From Botryllus schlosseri (taxonomy: Eukaryota), in NCBI GenBank assembly GCA_051294905.1, contig CM119381.1:22754001-22818000 (forward strand): a stretch of 64,000 nucleotides of DNA, read 5' to 3'. Both the position numbers and the translations under genes were made by a program. This document shows positions 61,247 to 64,000 of this stretch, in pieces (the first letter of the stretch is position 1; every line of letters starts with the position of its first letter). The notes under the pieces are model-generated. The model saw only the letters and a program-made list of their open reading frames with translations. It did no database searches and was not told where the DNA came from.

Positions 61247-62749
61247 CCCTCACATGTTTTGGCTCCTATCGCTCCATTGTTTTAAAACAATGCGTTATTC
61301 GTGTATGCTGATAAGCGATTGTTATGTCATAGTGGTTCAAGAGTGACATCGCGAAACTGAATGACATCGAATCTCGCAAACATTGAAACAGACTTCAACG
61401 TGCCGATTTGATTTCCACTAATACTAAAACATAACGACCAGACGATGCGTGTCAAGTTCGTCAACAAGAGAAGCTTGCATGATTGCCATTTACGCATGCA
61501 CTATGTACTTAACCCTAATGAATTGATGCTGCATTGGTAAATTTGGTTAATTTGAAAAATTCGAAACCCATTTTTTTTCGGCGGGCTACGCGCCTGCATT
61601 TATAGATATAGATATATTATACTCGCATTCTTGTTTTTGATAATTCATTTTATCTTATCAATAAAACCGACTTCAATCGAGTTGCAAAGTCGCAGAAGTG
61701 GTCTGTAACGGAACGGAACTTTATTAGACTACTCAAGTTGTTTTTGCCTGCTTTCACTTGCGCTCATTTTACGATTTTGATTTTGAAATGTAGGAAGGAG
61801 TTTTCGGATAAGTTTACATCACTTTTTGCGGTCGATATTGTCATAAGAACTGCATGAAATCGTCCCTTATTATATTTCTACCTACACAGTTTTTAGTTTT
61901 TATTGGCAAAACAAGGCCTATAATACTTGCCTTTTCACTTGCTTGTACTTTGGCACCAATGATGACAATTTGACCACCTCTGCCAAGTAGATACTCTTGT
62001 GTCCCGCTGGAAATAGCACGGATTCTCCTCAGTTTACACAGCATTATCGGGCTGGGCGCGTAAATCTTATACCGATCGAATTGCGCCAGAAATTTGCATG
62101 TAACCCATGGAATGCAGGTGTCGCCTTACCCGCGCCAACTTCAAATTTCAACCGCAGCACGTCACGGCATCGATATCGGGAGGATGCGTGTCAATTTTAT
62201 ATCGTGCCGTGTCACGTTACGTTTAGTCTCGCACACAATAAAGAATCTGCCGCTCGGAACCGCAGCTGACTGGAGATGTGACTCTTTTTTTGCCAACACG
62301 AAATCACACCTTGACGTACTTAAGCCGATTCTTATTCACTTGAGTGTTAGACGATAAAACGCCTCTCTGGCTTTAGGGAAGGCTGATATGGGGTGTTCGT
62401 CACAAGTAGTAAAAGCAGTCAGCGTTGATACTTAAAACAGAAGGTTTGTCAATTTTCACTCAATGACAAGTAAAAGGAGCAATTTCCAAGACATACGAAA
62501 ACTACTTCCAACTGAATTATAAAATGAAAGGTCTGAAAATTTCTCAAGTAAGTTGCATTAAAAAGCAGATTTGGTCGATGAATCGCACAATTTCAGTAGT
62601 AAATTAGAGAGGGGGGGGTACTTTCCAAATTTCAAGATGCATATTCGCGACAACACAGAATGACTGATGCGCTGTAACGCTCTAAATCTTTCCACAATTA
62701 TTTAAGTAGAATTAGCGGTTTCCGAGACACGTCAAAACTGCTTCCGGCG

Positions 62750-63218
62750 CAGTGGTTCCCAACTGGTGGGGAATTCAATGGTTTCTGGTGGGGAATAGGC
62801 GCATTTGGTAAACATTATATACAGAACCGTCTATATTTTAACGGAGACACCTGTGCGATTATCGTTACCATAGTTAACTGCTGTGGAATGTACGTACCGA
62901 AAATATTATTGCGTGTCGTTTACAAAAACTCATTTCAACTCCGGATAACCAATGATGGCGTCACAAACGCGTCCAGTACGACCGGTATGACGTGCAATAA
63001 TGCTTTCGCTAAATCTTGAGGGTTATCGATATCGGTTCACAATGCGTTTTATGTCGCAGTTACAGGCGATTGTCTTGCGTACTGGTGTGGTTGTGTGTCT
63101 TGTGTACTCAAACAAGCAAATAGATGCTCCGTAATGACAAAAACTACGGGTAGTGGGGAATGAATACTCGTTATAAATCTTAAGTGGGGAATGAAGACAA
63201 AAAGGTTGGGAACCATTG
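62750..63218. mobile_element. hAT MITE in a TALPID3 intron
   Basis: cagtggttcccaac / gttgggaaccattg; TSD ttccggcg vs ttccagcg. Confidence 0.8.
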
Positions 63219-63774
63219 TTCCAGCGAAAGCAGAATATGTATTGCGTTACTGCGCGGCTCTGCAATGGGCCGTATCTGCGCGCGATAAATATTCAACGCA
63301 GGTCTGTTTAAAACAGTTCGCGGTTAGTGAAATGTCAATGCAAACCCGCGGTGCAAATAACTTCGAGATAACAACGGGGCGAAGACACAACATGCTGTTT
63401 ACGATTGACCGCGTTTGACGTAACAAGACGTGTAAAATATACTCGGCGTTCTTTTATTAGCCGAAATTAGCGAATTTGCATACATTGCAATTTGCTTACA
63501 AATCCACATGCGTCGAGTGATCGTAGAGCTCATGTGTATATACCTTTCATGCGACCACAAAATATATATTGCCAGTTATACATCGCATTAAAGAATCTTT
63601 TTGGACCATACCTATTTCATTGCGCTTTGTGACAATGCTGTGTGTCGATCAGGACTTCACAGAGATTTCATTCCATTAGCGTGCGTAGCTTTCTGCCATA
63701 TGTTTCGTATGCGGTAAATGTTGAGAACTACTGGCCTAAGCGGTTGCTTTCAACCTTTTGTCTCCGTTCCACAG

Positions 63775-63986
63775 CGCCGGCTCTTTTGCGCCTCCTCCCG
63801 AGGCTGTCGATCTGGTGGTGCGTACGCTGACGCCCCCTCCGGCTACGCCTACAGACCGTTCGCTGTCGGAAGGCGACACCACGACTACCATGTCCAGCGA
63901 TCGCGGCGAGAGCAGCATTTCAGAGGGCCAGCTTCTCATCAGCCACGGGGAGGTGCGGGCGAAAATGAAGCGCGGACAACTGCCAG
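63775..63986 (+). CDS. KIAA0586: TALPID3 exon (gene continues beyond the window)
   Basis: tctccgttccacag acceptor, G|gtgggt donor. SISEGQLLISHGE resembles PISEGEILFSCGQ; phase 2 matches the previous exon. Confidence 0.82.
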
Positions 63987-64000
63987 GTGGGTTACAGTTG

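Overview
Eukaryotic (invertebrate animal; an invertebrate deuterostome/chordate is my inference) genomic window with two recognisable protein genes, both on +. One is a single-exon IRF2BP-family gene (IRF2BPL-like, 7621-9762). The other is a phase-consistent chain of exons of the ciliary gene KIAA0586/TALPID3 (about 55.1-64.0 kb, running off the window). The ~44 kb between them has no recognisable host gene and is dense in repeats: hAT-type MITEs and foldbacks, two tRNA-SINE families, an RTE LINE end and telomere-like and satellite tracts. The main hidden signal is the most abundant short repeat (at least 15 pieces). It is the 3' pseudo-LTR of a Penelope-like element: two copies are still fused to the GIY-YIG endonuclease C-terminus. 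It carries a minimal type-I hammerhead ribozyme with a palindromic stem III and a candidate loop-II pseudoknot. Many copies form local inverted pairs, one with its centre exactly at the predicted cleavage site. A second, unrelated minimal-hammerhead family forms an inverted pair at 42.6-42.9 kb. There is also a 1.78-kb palindrome that appears to have been extended outward from a foldback MITE. All homologies come from recalled family motifs and manual reading; no searches were run.
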